A stretch of 64,000 nucleotides of DNA from a virus: the IMG/VR virus record IMGVR_UViG_3300050821_006637, positions 25,067 to 89,066 of that record; one strand, 5' to 3'. Of this stretch, positions 54,924-63,704 are shown piece after piece. The position numbers and the translations under genes were made by a program. Under the pieces are notes generated by a model. The model did no database searches. It saw nothing but the letters and a program-made list of their open reading frames with translations, and had not been told where the DNA came from. Positions within the stretch are counted from its first letter, which is position 1; every line of letters starts with the position of its first letter.

Positions 54924-55247
54924 ATGGGTAGGATTAGGGGCTTACTGGCTAGAGGAATTGAGGCTGCTAAGAATTTCTTAAACTTGCCTGGTTCTAAGGT
55001 TTCTGATTGGACAATAGGACGGGATGATTGGGTTCAAGGTGGAATGTGGGTTGATGTTTCTAGCAGTTGTGTGGAAGCAATCAGATATAGCAAAGAGGAT
55101 AGAGTTTTATATGTGAGGTTCAAAAAGACTGGAGTTTATAAAGCCGAAGGCATCCAGCCCCAAGCGGCTATCAATATGTTTTCCAGTTCTTCTATGGGCA
55201 AGTTCGTCTGGCACCAGGGTCTAAGAAGTATTCTTAAGAAAGTTTGA
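54924..55247 (+). CDS. KTSC domain protein
   Basis: VSSSCVEAIRY...LYVRFK..GVY...SSSMGKFV. Confidence 0.85.
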   Translation: MGRIRGLLARGIEAAKNFLNLPGSKVSDWTIGRDDWVQGGMWVDVSSSCVEAIRYSKEDRVLYVRFKKTGVYKAEGIQPQAAINMFSSSSMGKFVWHQGLRSILKKV

Positions 55248-55290
55248 AAACGGGCGTCCGTGCCCCCTCACGCGGTCTTAGCATCCCAGC

Positions 55291-55473
55291 CTATTCCTTC
55301 TTTTCCTTTTCTTTCAATTTCCTCATCTTATGTGCCCAGTTGAGCATATAGCAGAAGTCCTCTGCTAGTTCTTGTTTATAGAATGGAATGGGCAGACCTG
55401 AAATCTCCCAATATTCATTTGGTCTTAACCATCCCACAGGGGCGTGATACTTAACTTGATAAGGACCTTCCAT
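55291..55473 (-). CDS. Hypothetical protein
   Basis: AGGAG RBS on minus strand. Confidence 0.5.
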   Translation of the reverse strand: MEGPYQVKYHAPVGWLRPNEYWEISGLPIPFYKQELAEDFCYMLNWAHKMRKLKEKEKKE

Positions 55474-55506
55474 TCAATTCTCCTAGCAGATGGGGTTTGA
55501 AGTAAG

Positions 55507-55579
55507 AGTAGGTGGCGGGATTTGAACCCGCAACATCCAGCTTGGAAGGCTGGAACTCTGCCAATTGAGTTACACCTAC
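55507..55579 (-). tRNA. tRNA-Gly (TCC)
   Basis: GTAGGTG/CACCTAC acceptor stem, CCAGC-CTTCCAA-GCTGG anticodon arm, GGTTCAAATCC T-loop, U discriminator; no encoded CCA. Confidence 0.95.
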
Positions 55580-55757
55580 AGGGTGCCATTCTTGGCAGAA
55601 CTACCTCTGCTGTCGTACACCTCTTGGTGCTTTAGAGTTCAAGAATGGCAGTTGCATCCATCTCACGTAGCTTATGAGGACGATTGTTCGACAGGGATTT
55701 TACTCCCTGGCACGGACCTGGCTATCCGCTGTTCCGTGGCTAACGACACTTTCTAAA

Positions 55758-55833
55758 TGCCGGGAACTGGATTTGAACCAGTGACCTTCTGCTTATGAGG
55801 CAGACGAGCTAAACCAGACTGCTCCATCCCGGT
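55758..55833 (-). tRNA. tRNA-Met (CAT), initiator-like
   Basis: ACCGGGA/TCCCGGC with A1:C72 mismatch, TGGAGCAGTCTGG D-arm, TCTGC-CTCATAA-GCAGA anticodon arm, GGTTCAAATCC. Confidence 0.92.
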
Positions 55834-55863
55834 CAAAAAGTGCTAGGGTTTTATCCCTAGCAC
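55834..55863 (-). terminator. Hairpin and U-tract directly 5' of tRNA-Met
   Basis: Minus strand GTGCTAGGG-ATAAAA-CCCTAGCAC-TTTTTG. Confidence 0.5.
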
Positions 55864-55905
55864 CGCGATTGCTACTCTACTATCGCTTACAGCAAAAGTC
55901 AAGGT

Positions 55906-56652
55906 CTAGTCGGCAGTTTTCTCTTTAACATATAGAACGCCGTTCTTGGCTGTGTACTCGCCATCAAGAATCCGACTCGTCTTCTCCGTGCTCTCTGTCA
56001 AAGAGTTCGCCGTCACTTTACGAAGGCACTTGCGAGCCGCCTCGTTAATGGCTCGGCAGTCACTCCAGCCAAACTCTTCATTCGCTTTCGTGCCGTTGAC
56101 ACGGATGGAGGCAAGATTACAGGTCCGCCAGGTTTTTGCTGTAACAGAAACACCTCCCTTCGTCAAAGTGCCAGGACCATCCTTTCCCTCCTTGGCTTCC
56201 CAACCCTCCGCACTATTCAAACTGGCAATCAACTTCTGTGCCTCTGCACTGGGGGGAGGAGGAGCGTCCGCAAACCAGTGATAAGTCTTGGAGATGAAAC
56301 CCGTCTCCAGGACACCATACCACAGAGCACCTTGGAGGAGAAACATAAAAATTCGCCGCTTCATCAGAAAAACTCCTTCGGTTAAAACAGAACTGAAAAG
56401 AGGTTGAACACTTTTGGACAGGTTCTTTGTTAAGTGAAAGAGACCCATTAGAGTGAGGACAGGAAAGATAGTTGGAATGAAGACACAGGCGATTTGGAGG
56501 GGATTTTCTGGAACATCAGGGTACGTCCATACTTTGATTCTCTTTAACCAGTCATCTGTCATCACACAGAATCCAAAACAGAAAAACCACCACACAAAGG
56601 AACCGAGAATAGAACTAAGGAGGCTCAAACCGATGATTTCTCTTCCTGACAT
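55906..56652 (-). CDS. Membrane protein (possible internal second start MKRRIF)
   Basis: Three hydrophobic segments then a soluble domain. Confidence 0.55.
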   Translation of the reverse strand: MSGREIIGLSLLSSILGSFVWWFFCFGFCVMTDDWLKRIKVWTYPDVPENPLQIACVFIPTIFPVLTLMGLFHLTKNLSKSVQPLFSSVLTEGVFLMKRRIFMFLLQGALWYGVLETGFISKTYHWFADAPPPPSAEAQKLIASLNSAEGWEAKEGKDGPGTLTKGGVSVTAKTWRTCNLASIRVNGTKANEEFGWSDCRAINEAARKCLRKVTANSLTESTEKTSRILDGEYTAKNGVLYVKEKTAD

Positions 56653-56981
56653 TTCTTCCTCCTCGTAAGAGAGTTGATAGCAGTGTCTAACACTTCAATC
56701 ACTTCCTTGTGGGTATGAGAGTCATTGAAGTCTATTACAGCGCAGTTTTTTATCACTTCTTTCACTTTACGATGAGCTTTGGTGTAAGCATCGTTCCCAG
56801 GATATTTTTTATCAATACATCTCATCGCTCCTCCAAGACACCAGCGACGGGCTTCTGGGTGATCTGGCTGTACTCCTATTCCTCTCTTCGTCTTTGCCCA
56901 CGCATTCTTACACCAATAGCAGGGACTTTTAATCAGTTCTTTCACTTCCACCAAAAACTGCCGAGCGGATATCTTTTTCAT
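56625..56981 (-). CDS. Conserved phage protein (DUF6197-like)
   Basis: WCKNAWA...WCLGGA...IDFNDSHTHKEVIEVLDTAI. Confidence 0.65.
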   Translation of the reverse strand: MKKISARQFLVEVKELIKSPCYWCKNAWAKTKRGIGVQPDHPEARRWCLGGAMRCIDKKYPGNDAYTKAHRKVKEVIKNCAVIDFNDSHTHKEVIEVLDTAINSLTRRKKCQEEKSSV

Positions 56982-57169
56982 TTCTTCTCCTTCGCTGCTT
57001 TTATCTTATCTCGCATAATTCTTATCATCTGTTCTAATAACTCAGCTTCATATTCTGCAAATTCTTCACCTGGGGTTCTTTCTACGTGGTCAATAACCGC
57101 CTGTAGGATTTGACTCCAAGAGATATATGCAACGCCACCGACAGAGACGTGATGAGGGAAGCGAGACAT
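56978..57169 (-). CDS. Hypothetical protein
   Basis: Coupled small ORF. Confidence 0.5.
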   Translation of the reverse strand: MSRFPHHVSVGGVAYISWSQILQAVIDHVERTPGEEFAEYEAELLEQMIRIMRDKIKAAKEKK

Positions 57170-57759
57170 TAATCCATCCCCTCCAAATTAATGACTTTTC
57201 CAACCTTCATCCACGAGTGACCAGAGCTAAGGATAATCTGCACACCCATCTCTTTGGACAGAACTAAGAGTAGTTGAGCAAAACGCTTCCTGTTCTCATC
57301 CCCATTCAAACCCCTCATCGGTTCATCCAGGCAGAGTAATTTTCTAGGCGTTGGTTTAGTGAGGACGAGCGATGCCAGTCTAAGAGCCAGAGCCGCGACA
57401 TCTATGGCTCCTCCCTCTACCTCTCTCCTTGGGTTATCGTAAACTTCTCCATCTTTGGCAAAGCACAAAGAGGCTTCTGTCTTCCCTCTCTTCTGGGCGA
57501 ATTGGATAAGAAACTCATGTGCCTCTTCCTCTCCAAATACTGCTTGCAAAGACTTCGTAACCACGGAAGCGAGCTGTCTATGGGCAGATTGCTGAACTTT
57601 TTCTGCGACTGCTTGGACCAACTTCTGTCCTTCAAGCACTTGGGACAGGTGTTCTTTGGCATCTTCATAATCCATTGCAGATTGTTTGACTTGTTTCTTA
57701 GCTTGGGCATATTCTAAGAGTTTGCCGTCTAACTGACGTCGGAGTTGGAGGAGCATCAA
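57169..57759 (-). CDS. sbcC: SbcC/Rad50-like ATPase, C-terminal half
   Basis: Coiled coil, signature-like VEGG, ALALRLA, Walker B LCLDEP, QIILSSGH. Confidence 0.8.
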   Translation of the reverse strand: MMLLQLRRQLDGKLLEYAQAKKQVKQSAMDYEDAKEHLSQVLEGQKLVQAVAEKVQQSAHRQLASVVTKSLQAVFGEEEAHEFLIQFAQKRGKTEASLCFAKDGEVYDNPRREVEGGAIDVAALALRLASLVLTKPTPRKLLCLDEPMRGLNGDENRKRFAQLLLVLSKEMGVQIILSSGHSWMKVGKVINLEGMD

Positions 57760-57977
57760 TCCCTGTCCGTGGTTGGCAGTCCTTTAGATGTTGGAACAGA
57801 TTCCCACAAGTCCTCCATCATTTTCCTCTTCCTCAAGTGCTCAATCACTATCTTAGCGGCTTCGCCGCTGGCAAAGGTATCCGCTTCCGTGTGTTCAATC
57901 TCCAGTGGAGAGGTAGAGAGGAGGCTCCAGCCATAGTATTCCAAGATTTCTTTGTCACTCATATCATTTTCCCCCAA
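57756..57977 (-). CDS. Hypothetical protein
   Basis: ILEYYGW....SPLEIEH...FASGEAA. Confidence 0.55.
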   Translation of the reverse strand: MGENDMSDKEILEYYGWSLLSTSPLEIEHTEADTFASGEAAKIVIEHLRKRKMMEDLWESVPTSKGLPTTDRD

Positions 57978-58203
57978 AATTCTTTTGGTACGCTGTTATT
58001 TTATCGCTTATCTCCGTTTCAAGGGCGTCCTTCTGTTTCATCAACTTGGCGTAAAGTTTCTGGGCTTCCTCACTCCGTACACATCCAAATTCATTCTGTA
58101 GTTGAGTGAGGAGAGCGTCACGTTCTCCTTGTGCTCTGTCAAGGGCACGCCTCTTAGATTGGGCTAAATCTTTGAGGCGGAGGAATTCTTTGAGGTCAAA
58201 CAT
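57964..58203 (-). CDS. Small coiled-coil protein (possible middle piece of split SbcC)
   Basis: Heptad pattern; between sbcD and sbcC-C. Confidence 0.55.
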   Translation of the reverse strand: MFDLKEFLRLKDLAQSKRRALDRAQGERDALLTQLQNEFGCVRSEEAQKLYAKLMKQKDALETEISDKITAYQKNFGGK

Positions 58204-59119
58204 TACTCACATCCAACGCTCTTAATATTATCGCCTTCACCTCGTCACCTACCTTCTCTCTTTTCAAGAGATGATGGATGGAGGCAGAAAAGTCCAACGC
58301 CACATCCCCAAGGTGGAGGAGTTCTTCAACGAAAGAGTTAGCTCCAATCTGCTCTGACGCCTCTTGCACCCACTTTTCAAAGTCAATCCATTTATCTTTG
58401 CTGGTATCCAAGTAATGACGTTTGATAGTTCCGTCATGGTAAAGGATACCAACGGAAGGTTGATGAGTTATCTCATCCCTCCTTCTTCTTTGAAAGCCGC
58501 CGCAGTTGAAAATCTTATAGGCATCAAATGGGATGTGATTATCTCCAAAGATAGCCATATCATACCCATAGAGTTGACCTTGTTTGGCGAGCGTCCTTTT
58601 TTCCTCTGGGGCACCAGGATAGGATGTATTAGAATCCTTCCAAATGTAGTCGTGGACGACGGCGACTTGGAAAACTCCTTTCCTTTCGACTGGATTCGCT
58701 CTTACTTCATAGCCACAAGGGAAGCCGTGGAGAAGCAGTTTGCAGTCTCCATTTGCATAAGTGACGTGTCCAGGCTTCAAATCCGTTATCACACCACTCT
58801 CTACCAAGGCTCCATATCCGCTTCGGTGCATATCTGCTAGATTGTGAGCAGGGAGGTCATGATTGCCAGCGACGGCATAGACACCACCTGTGAATTGATT
58901 GAACATTCGCATCGCAAAGGTGACTAATTCCAGCGGTGGAATGGCGCGGTCATAGATATCTCCTGCCAGGAGTAGCGGCAGTCGTTTCTCTGTCAATGAT
59001 AAGACTTGTTCAATGTATCCTTGTTGCACTCCATACCAATCCTCCTCCTCACTGCGAGCGATAGGGGGCTTGTGGGAAAGGTGCCAGTCCGCGGAGACGA
59101 TAGCGAGTGGGATGGTCAT
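58196..59119 (-). CDS. sbcD: SbcD/Mre11-like metallophosphoesterase nuclease
   Basis: ADWHL, AGDIYD, AGNHD, VVHD, FGDNHIP, NCGG. Confidence 0.88.
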   Translation of the reverse strand: MTIPLAIVSADWHLSHKPPIARSEEEDWYGVQQGYIEQVLSLTEKRLPLLLAGDIYDRAIPPLELVTFAMRMFNQFTGGVYAVAGNHDLPAHNLADMHRSGYGALVESGVITDLKPGHVTYANGDCKLLLHGFPCGYEVRANPVERKGVFQVAVVHDYIWKDSNTSYPGAPEEKRTLAKQGQLYGYDMAIFGDNHIPFDAYKIFNCGGFQRRRRDEITHQPSVGILYHDGTIKRHYLDTSKDKWIDFEKWVQEASEQIGANSFVEELLHLGDVALDFSASIHHLLKREKVGDEVKAIILRALDVSNV

Positions 59120-59877
59120 TCCTTTATCCTTTTGAGGCAGTCTTTTAACATAGAAATCAATTCATTGTCTTCTGCTTGATTGATAGCGGGAGATTTTTCC
59201 AAATCGTGTACTCTTTCCTCTAGCAACTTGATAATTCGTTTCCTCTCCTCCTCTTTCGCTTTCTTAATAATCGTGTCCGCAGTGGCGAATTTAGCTGTCA
59301 CTTTCACCTCATCTCCGTACAATGTCTTTTCATATTCGGTATGCCAACAAGTCATAGTAGGAAGATTTGAGATAAAAGAACCCCACCCCATCTGTTTCAA
59401 ATGTGTCTCACTCTTCTCTTTCTCATCTTCGGGAGATTTCTTATGTGTACAGAGTAGATTGAGAATTCCTGTTCGTACTGCTTTTGCTGTAATCTTAAGA
59501 TTAGAAAGGACTTCATTGGCTCCGCCTTCACTACGGAGGAGACCGAGGAGGAGGTGCTCTGTGCCTACATAATTGTGATTGAGATTCCTCGATTCCTCTA
59601 GGGCATATTGAATGGATTGTTTGACGTGTTCCGTTTGAGGCAGTTTCCCCATGAAGACAGGGTCTTTTTTAGGTGGAACAAGTCTTTCCGTCTCCTCTCG
59701 TAGTTTCTTCAAGTCAACATCCAAATTCCTTAGCACGTTGGCAGCGACACCAGAACCTTCCTTACAGAGACCGATGAGGACGTGCTCTGTGGAGATGTGA
59801 GTGTGATTGAGCCTCTGGGCTTCTTGGTTCGCCAGTTGTATCACTTTACGTGCGCGATCTGTAAATTTTTCAAACAT
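59116..59877 (-). CDS. ClpC N-terminal domain protein without AAA+ modules
   Basis: MFEKFTDRARKVIQLANQEAQRLNH...TEH and second repeat LNHNYVGTEHLLLGLL; unrelated C-terminal tail. Confidence 0.9.
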   Translation of the reverse strand: MFEKFTDRARKVIQLANQEAQRLNHTHISTEHVLIGLCKEGSGVAANVLRNLDVDLKKLREETERLVPPKKDPVFMGKLPQTEHVKQSIQYALEESRNLNHNYVGTEHLLLGLLRSEGGANEVLSNLKITAKAVRTGILNLLCTHKKSPEDEKEKSETHLKQMGWGSFISNLPTMTCWHTEYEKTLYGDEVKVTAKFATADTIIKKAKEEERKRIIKLLEERVHDLEKSPAINQAEDNELISMLKDCLKRIKE

Positions 59878-59880
59878 CGT

Positions 59881-60072
59881 TTATTCCTTTCTAAGAACTT
59901 CTGCATTAGGACACGCTTTATCGCAAGACGTCCACATCCATCTTGGAAGGGATAAATATTTCCCATCTACGCGAACGAACCAAATTCCATTTTCATTCTT
60001 ACAAAGAAGGAAGTGGAGGAGGTCTCCTGGTGTGTTTATATCTGGGGGCTTTTCCATTCTAATTCTTTCCAC
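59881..60072 (-). CDS. Hypothetical protein
   Basis: Coupled small ORF. Confidence 0.45.
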   Translation of the reverse strand: MERIRMEKPPDINTPGDLLHFLLCKNENGIWFVRVDGKYLSLPRWMWTSCDKACPNAEVLRKE

Positions 60073-60820
60073 GTAGTAAATCTAAGACCCAGCAACCGCG
60101 GACGTGGGTTACTTCGCTGGCTCGTGCTTGTTCCAAACAATCACAAGCCATATAATCTGCGTGTCTGTCACAGCATCCTATTATCGAATCCTTTGATGCA
60201 ATAACTTCTTTCTCTGTTGGACCTGGAGGATGCGTGAAGCGGCAGTGAGCTAAGGTTTCCTCATCTGTACATCCTGCTTCCTCAAGTGCATCCGCCAATA
60301 TCGGCATCTCCTCCCATCTACGTTCTTGGTAGATAGTTTGAGCCATTGAGGGGATGAGACCAGAGTGCCATTGCAACACATCTTCAAGAATCACATCATC
60401 TTGTTGATAGTTTTCTGCTTTGTTTTCTAATACAATTCCAATGTCTCTCGGTAGTACAACACGCATACGAAACGGGTTGCCGAAGATGTCGCGGAGGAGA
60501 TTGGCACGGAGGGAAAGACGAGGTCTATTACTACCCCTCTCCGTCCATCCTTTCGCCCATATTTTATCTTCTACTTTGCTTAGACCATTAGGATATTCTT
60601 TCATTCCTTCTTTTTCGTACTTTTCCACTATTTCTATATCTGTGCCTCTAGCAAGGCAACAGGCACACGCATAGAGCCTCGCCTTCCTATCTGTAAGAAC
60701 AGGATGAGGAGTAGAGTAGATAACAGGGTAGGAAATCGAAACTCTACCTTTCCCACCAGTTTGGAGGAAGTGAAACATCGCCGCAGGGTCTTTACTCGTC
60801 AACCATTCTTGTTCTGTCAT
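60059..60820 (-). CDS. Gemmata-type expanded-family protein
   Basis: MTEQEWL...DP..M, LLRDIFGNPFR, MPILADALEEAGC, HVRGCWVLDLL; start placed at MTEQEW by recalled family pattern. Confidence 0.75.
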   Translation of the reverse strand: MTEQEWLTSKDPAAMFHFLQTGGKGRVSISYPVIYSTPHPVLTDRKARLYACACCLARGTDIEIVEKYEKEGMKEYPNGLSKVEDKIWAKGWTERGSNRPRLSLRANLLRDIFGNPFRMRVVLPRDIGIVLENKAENYQQDDVILEDVLQWHSGLIPSMAQTIYQERRWEEMPILADALEEAGCTDEETLAHCRFTHPPGPTEKEVIASKDSIIGCCDRHADYMACDCLEQARASEVTHVRGCWVLDLLRGKN

Positions 60821-60866
60821 AATCGTGCCGAAGTGTCTCTCATAGAGTTCATTTAGAAATTCATCC

Positions 60867-61760
60867 CTAGTTAAGCGTCTGCCCGCAGATGGGGCAGTTT
60901 TCTTTCGTGTAATCTGCAAGTCTTTCTTGGATTTCTGTCCATTCTTTATTGATGCCATCCAAATACCCCTCCCCCCTCTCCAAAGCAGATATCTTCTGTT
61001 TCAAATCACTCAATTGTTGATTGACGAATACCAATCTGTCACCCACATCCAAAATCTTCAGTAACCTCCTCATTTCTTTCTCCCCGTTGAGAAGCAAATG
61101 CTCTTTTTCCTCCAATCTATCTAAGATAGAAGAGAGGACGGAGAGGTCTTTTTCTGTCTTCCCTCTTTTCTCCTCTGCTTCCTCAATTTCTTTGAGTTTG
61201 GTATCAGCATCTTTGACCCAAGCGAGGTCATCTCTCTTCTGTTTGGCTGCTACTAAGTTATCGCTGCTCTCCGTTACTCTGTCCTTCGCTCTCCTCGCAC
61301 TTAGAGAAAGACTTTCCAAAGTTCTATCTATCAAATCTAAGTTGACGATGGAGTTGAGTTGACGGGCGACTTCTGGTTTGGAGAGGAGGAGCCAGTAAGG
61401 TCCGTCGAACTGGTCTGAGAAAGAGGAAGGATTTAAACGGAGGAGATTGGAGATAGCAGACGGAACATCCCCATTCAAAGCCTCATAGATTTGTCCATCA
61501 TACTCATATCCATTAGAAGTGGGGGTTCTATATCTCTTTATCGTCTGTCCATCTAATGTGAGAGAGGAGGAGCACTCCTTCGTTCCTCTCCTTATGTATC
61601 TATCTCCTCGTGGTTCATTTAGACAGACCCAAGTAAGACCACGGAGGGCACAGGACTTGCCTAAGCCCGATTTTCCATAGAGAATCGTCAAATAAGGGTC
61701 AAAGTCAATTTCCAGAGTTCCCCACTTCTGGAAATTGTGGAGGAGGAGTTTTTCAATCAC
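60867..61760 (-). CDS. sbcC: SbcC/Rad50-like ATPase, N-terminal half ending at the zinc hook
   Basis: LHNFQ, Walker A GKSGLGKS, Q-loop SDQFD, coiled coil, terminal CPICG. Confidence 0.85.
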   Translation of the reverse strand: MIEKLLLHNFQKWGTLEIDFDPYLTILYGKSGLGKSCALRGLTWVCLNEPRGDRYIRRGTKECSSSLTLDGQTIKRYRTPTSNGYEYDGQIYEALNGDVPSAISNLLRLNPSSFSDQFDGPYWLLLSKPEVARQLNSIVNLDLIDRTLESLSLSARRAKDRVTESSDNLVAAKQKRDDLAWVKDADTKLKEIEEAEEKRGKTEKDLSVLSSILDRLEEKEHLLLNGEKEMRRLLKILDVGDRLVFVNQQLSDLKQKISALERGEGYLDGINKEWTEIQERLADYTKENCPICGQTLN

Positions 61761-61971
61761 CTCTCCAGGGCTCCTTGTTCTTTTGCTGTTCCAGCAATTC
61801 TATAACTGCTTGAGATTCATCTTCCTCTAGGGTGGTTTCACCACTAGAGGTGTGAACTTCTACTCCGTGTTGACTGATATGGATGTGACTAAGGTCCAGT
61901 AGATTGAACCAGTAGGAACCGACGGCGAGGAAGGTGGTGTCCTCACCGATTTGGATGAATTGAGCCTTCAT
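61753..61971 (-). CDS. Hypothetical protein
   Basis: AGGAG RBS, coupled. Confidence 0.55.
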   Translation of the reverse strand: MKAQFIQIGEDTTFLAVGSYWFNLLDLSHIHISQHGVEVHTSSGETTLEEDESQAVIELLEQQKNKEPWRGD

Positions 61972-62849
61972 TCTGCACTCCTTTCATTTCTATCGGCAAG
62001 TTCTTGGGCAAGTTCGTCCGTGGTAAAATCACTCAAAAATTTCTTCTTTCGTCCATTAGCGAATAAGTCCCAAGTATGAGGGAAGATTTCGGCGATGAAG
62101 GAGCCGAGGGTATTAGCATATTGACGAATCTCATATTGAGCATTAGGAGCCATACGGAGTTTTAGAAACTTCAGCCAATTGAGTAGATTGGCACTTGCTC
62201 TCATCCGTGAGTAGCGACCGACGGGAAGGTGGACTCTGGCTAATTCTTTGGGGACTCCGTGTTTGAGGCCGTCTTGATATACTCTCTCTTGAGAACGATA
62301 CTCTTGTCCTACCATTTCTTGGAATAACCGAGCGTTCATATCGGTCAGTTCTTCAGCCCCTTTTATCGTCCCCGCCTGCTTATTCGTCTTACTATTAATG
62401 AGGAGCCGTTCTGTTGTAGGGATGTAATTGACGTCTGGGAGTGGAATGTACCGAGCACTCATTTCGTTGTATGATTGAGTTCGATGACGGTGCCATTCCC
62501 GGAAGACCATAATAGGAGCTTGAACTTCTATGACTAGACCCGCCATCTCAAAAGGTGTGGAGTGTTCATTCTCCCATAGATAGCGAAGGAGTTTCTCATC
62601 CCCAGGTTCAGTCACTCTTTCATGTTGACAAAGCATCCGTTCTTGAGTGACATACGAATGCCATTCTTCTGGTTTATGAGGATGAGGGGGTAGTCCACAT
62701 TTCTTACATTTCGTAATCGGTCCCCATCCCAGGAATCCTTTACCAGTGGACATCCTGGCTGCCTCTACAATCGCCTCGTCACTCCCCCACGCTTCCACAA
62801 ATTCAAGGTATCCGTAGTCTAAAATAGCTACTCTATGTCCTCTTTGCAT
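61968..62849 (-). CDS. thyX: FAD-dependent thymidylate synthase ThyX
   Basis: AARMS, HSTPFE, REWHRHRTQSYNEMSARY, ELARVHLP, AQYEIR. Confidence 0.95.
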   Translation of the reverse strand: MQRGHRVAILDYGYLEFVEAWGSDEAIVEAARMSTGKGFLGWGPITKCKKCGLPPHPHKPEEWHSYVTQERMLCQHERVTEPGDEKLLRYLWENEHSTPFEMAGLVIEVQAPIMVFREWHRHRTQSYNEMSARYIPLPDVNYIPTTERLLINSKTNKQAGTIKGAEELTDMNARLFQEMVGQEYRSQERVYQDGLKHGVPKELARVHLPVGRYSRMRASANLLNWLKFLKLRMAPNAQYEIRQYANTLGSFIAEIFPHTWDLFANGRKKKFLSDFTTDELAQELADRNERSAE

Positions 62850-62863
62850 CTTTCAACCTTTCT

Positions 62864-63064
62864 TCAAACCTTTTTGACACCAACCATCTTATCACCAATC
62901 CGCACGCGGGAACCCAATCCCTTCACCCACTTCAACTGCAACTTGGCGTCTTCTAAAGTTCTTCCTTCCAAGAGCCATAGGGAGAGGAACTCCTCTTCAT
63001 CTACATCAATCTCAGGGAGACCTTGTGCCTCTTCTCTCATTTTAAGATAGTCTCGTCTTTTCAT
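62864..63064 (-). CDS. Hypothetical protein
   Basis: Coupled small ORF. Confidence 0.5.
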   Translation of the reverse strand: MKRRDYLKMREEAQGLPEIDVDEEEFLSLWLLEGRTLEDAKLQLKWVKGLGSRVRIGDKMVGVKKV

Positions 63065-63294
63065 ATATCAATTCCTCTTTCATCATAAAAGTAGAAAAGT
63101 CCGTCTAATCTCACATCTTGTAAATCATCGCTCTTTAACTCTTTTAATTTCTCTTGGAGTTCTTTAGGCAAAGAGGCGAGGAATTGTCCTGGCTTTGAAC
63201 CTTTATTCCTCGCCTCTCTCTCCCTAGGAGATAAACAACCCCAATAAGAATGAACTTGGACTGCCAAATCTAAGAAGATTTGCTTGGCACTCAT
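63061..63294 (-). CDS. Hypothetical protein
   Basis: ATGA overlaps. Confidence 0.5.
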   Translation of the reverse strand: MSAKQIFLDLAVQVHSYWGCLSPREREARNKGSKPGQFLASLPKELQEKLKELKSDDLQDVRLDGLFYFYDERGIDI

Positions 63295-63704
63295 TCTGGC
63301 ATCTCCTCATCTTCATCATAAAGAAGATAACTTTCACTGCATAAATCACACAAGGGATAGAAAGCAGGTAAATCCCTCACCTCCGTGCTCTCTGGCAAGC
63401 CGAACCACGTCTCACTAAGGAGATGAGCGACTTTGCGATTTCTATCTTCAACCATTCTGTCAAAAGCCGACAGAGGGTCTTCCTCCGTGTGGCTTTCAAT
63501 GCTTTCTCTAATAGTATCACACATCAATTCTGCTGCGTGGGCGGTGATGCGGGCAGGAGGTGCCCATCGACCATAGACAGGATGGTAGGTGGCGATGAGG
63601 TTTCTTAACGCTCCCTTATAGTAATCCAAAGTCATCCACCACTCTTCACGTGTTTTAGGATAATCATTTGGAGGGGCTTTCCTGTTCATTTTTATCTCCT
63701 TCAC
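63291..63704 (-). CDS. Hypothetical protein
   Basis: 137-aa ORF, probably starting at MNRKAP after AAGGAG. Confidence 0.6.
   Translation of the reverse strand: MKEIKMNRKAPPNDYPKTREEWWMTLDYYKGALRNLIATYHPVYGRWAPPARITAHAAELMCDTIRESIESHTEEDPLSAFDRMVEDRNRKVAHLLSETWFGLPESTEVRDLPAFYPLCDLCSESYLLYDEDEEMPE

Noticed and set aside
60821-60958. N-terminal extension of the 299-aa ORF as a frameshift continuation of SbcC-N
   Set aside because: Downstream sequence is an unrelated family starting at MTEQEW; no slippery site recognised.
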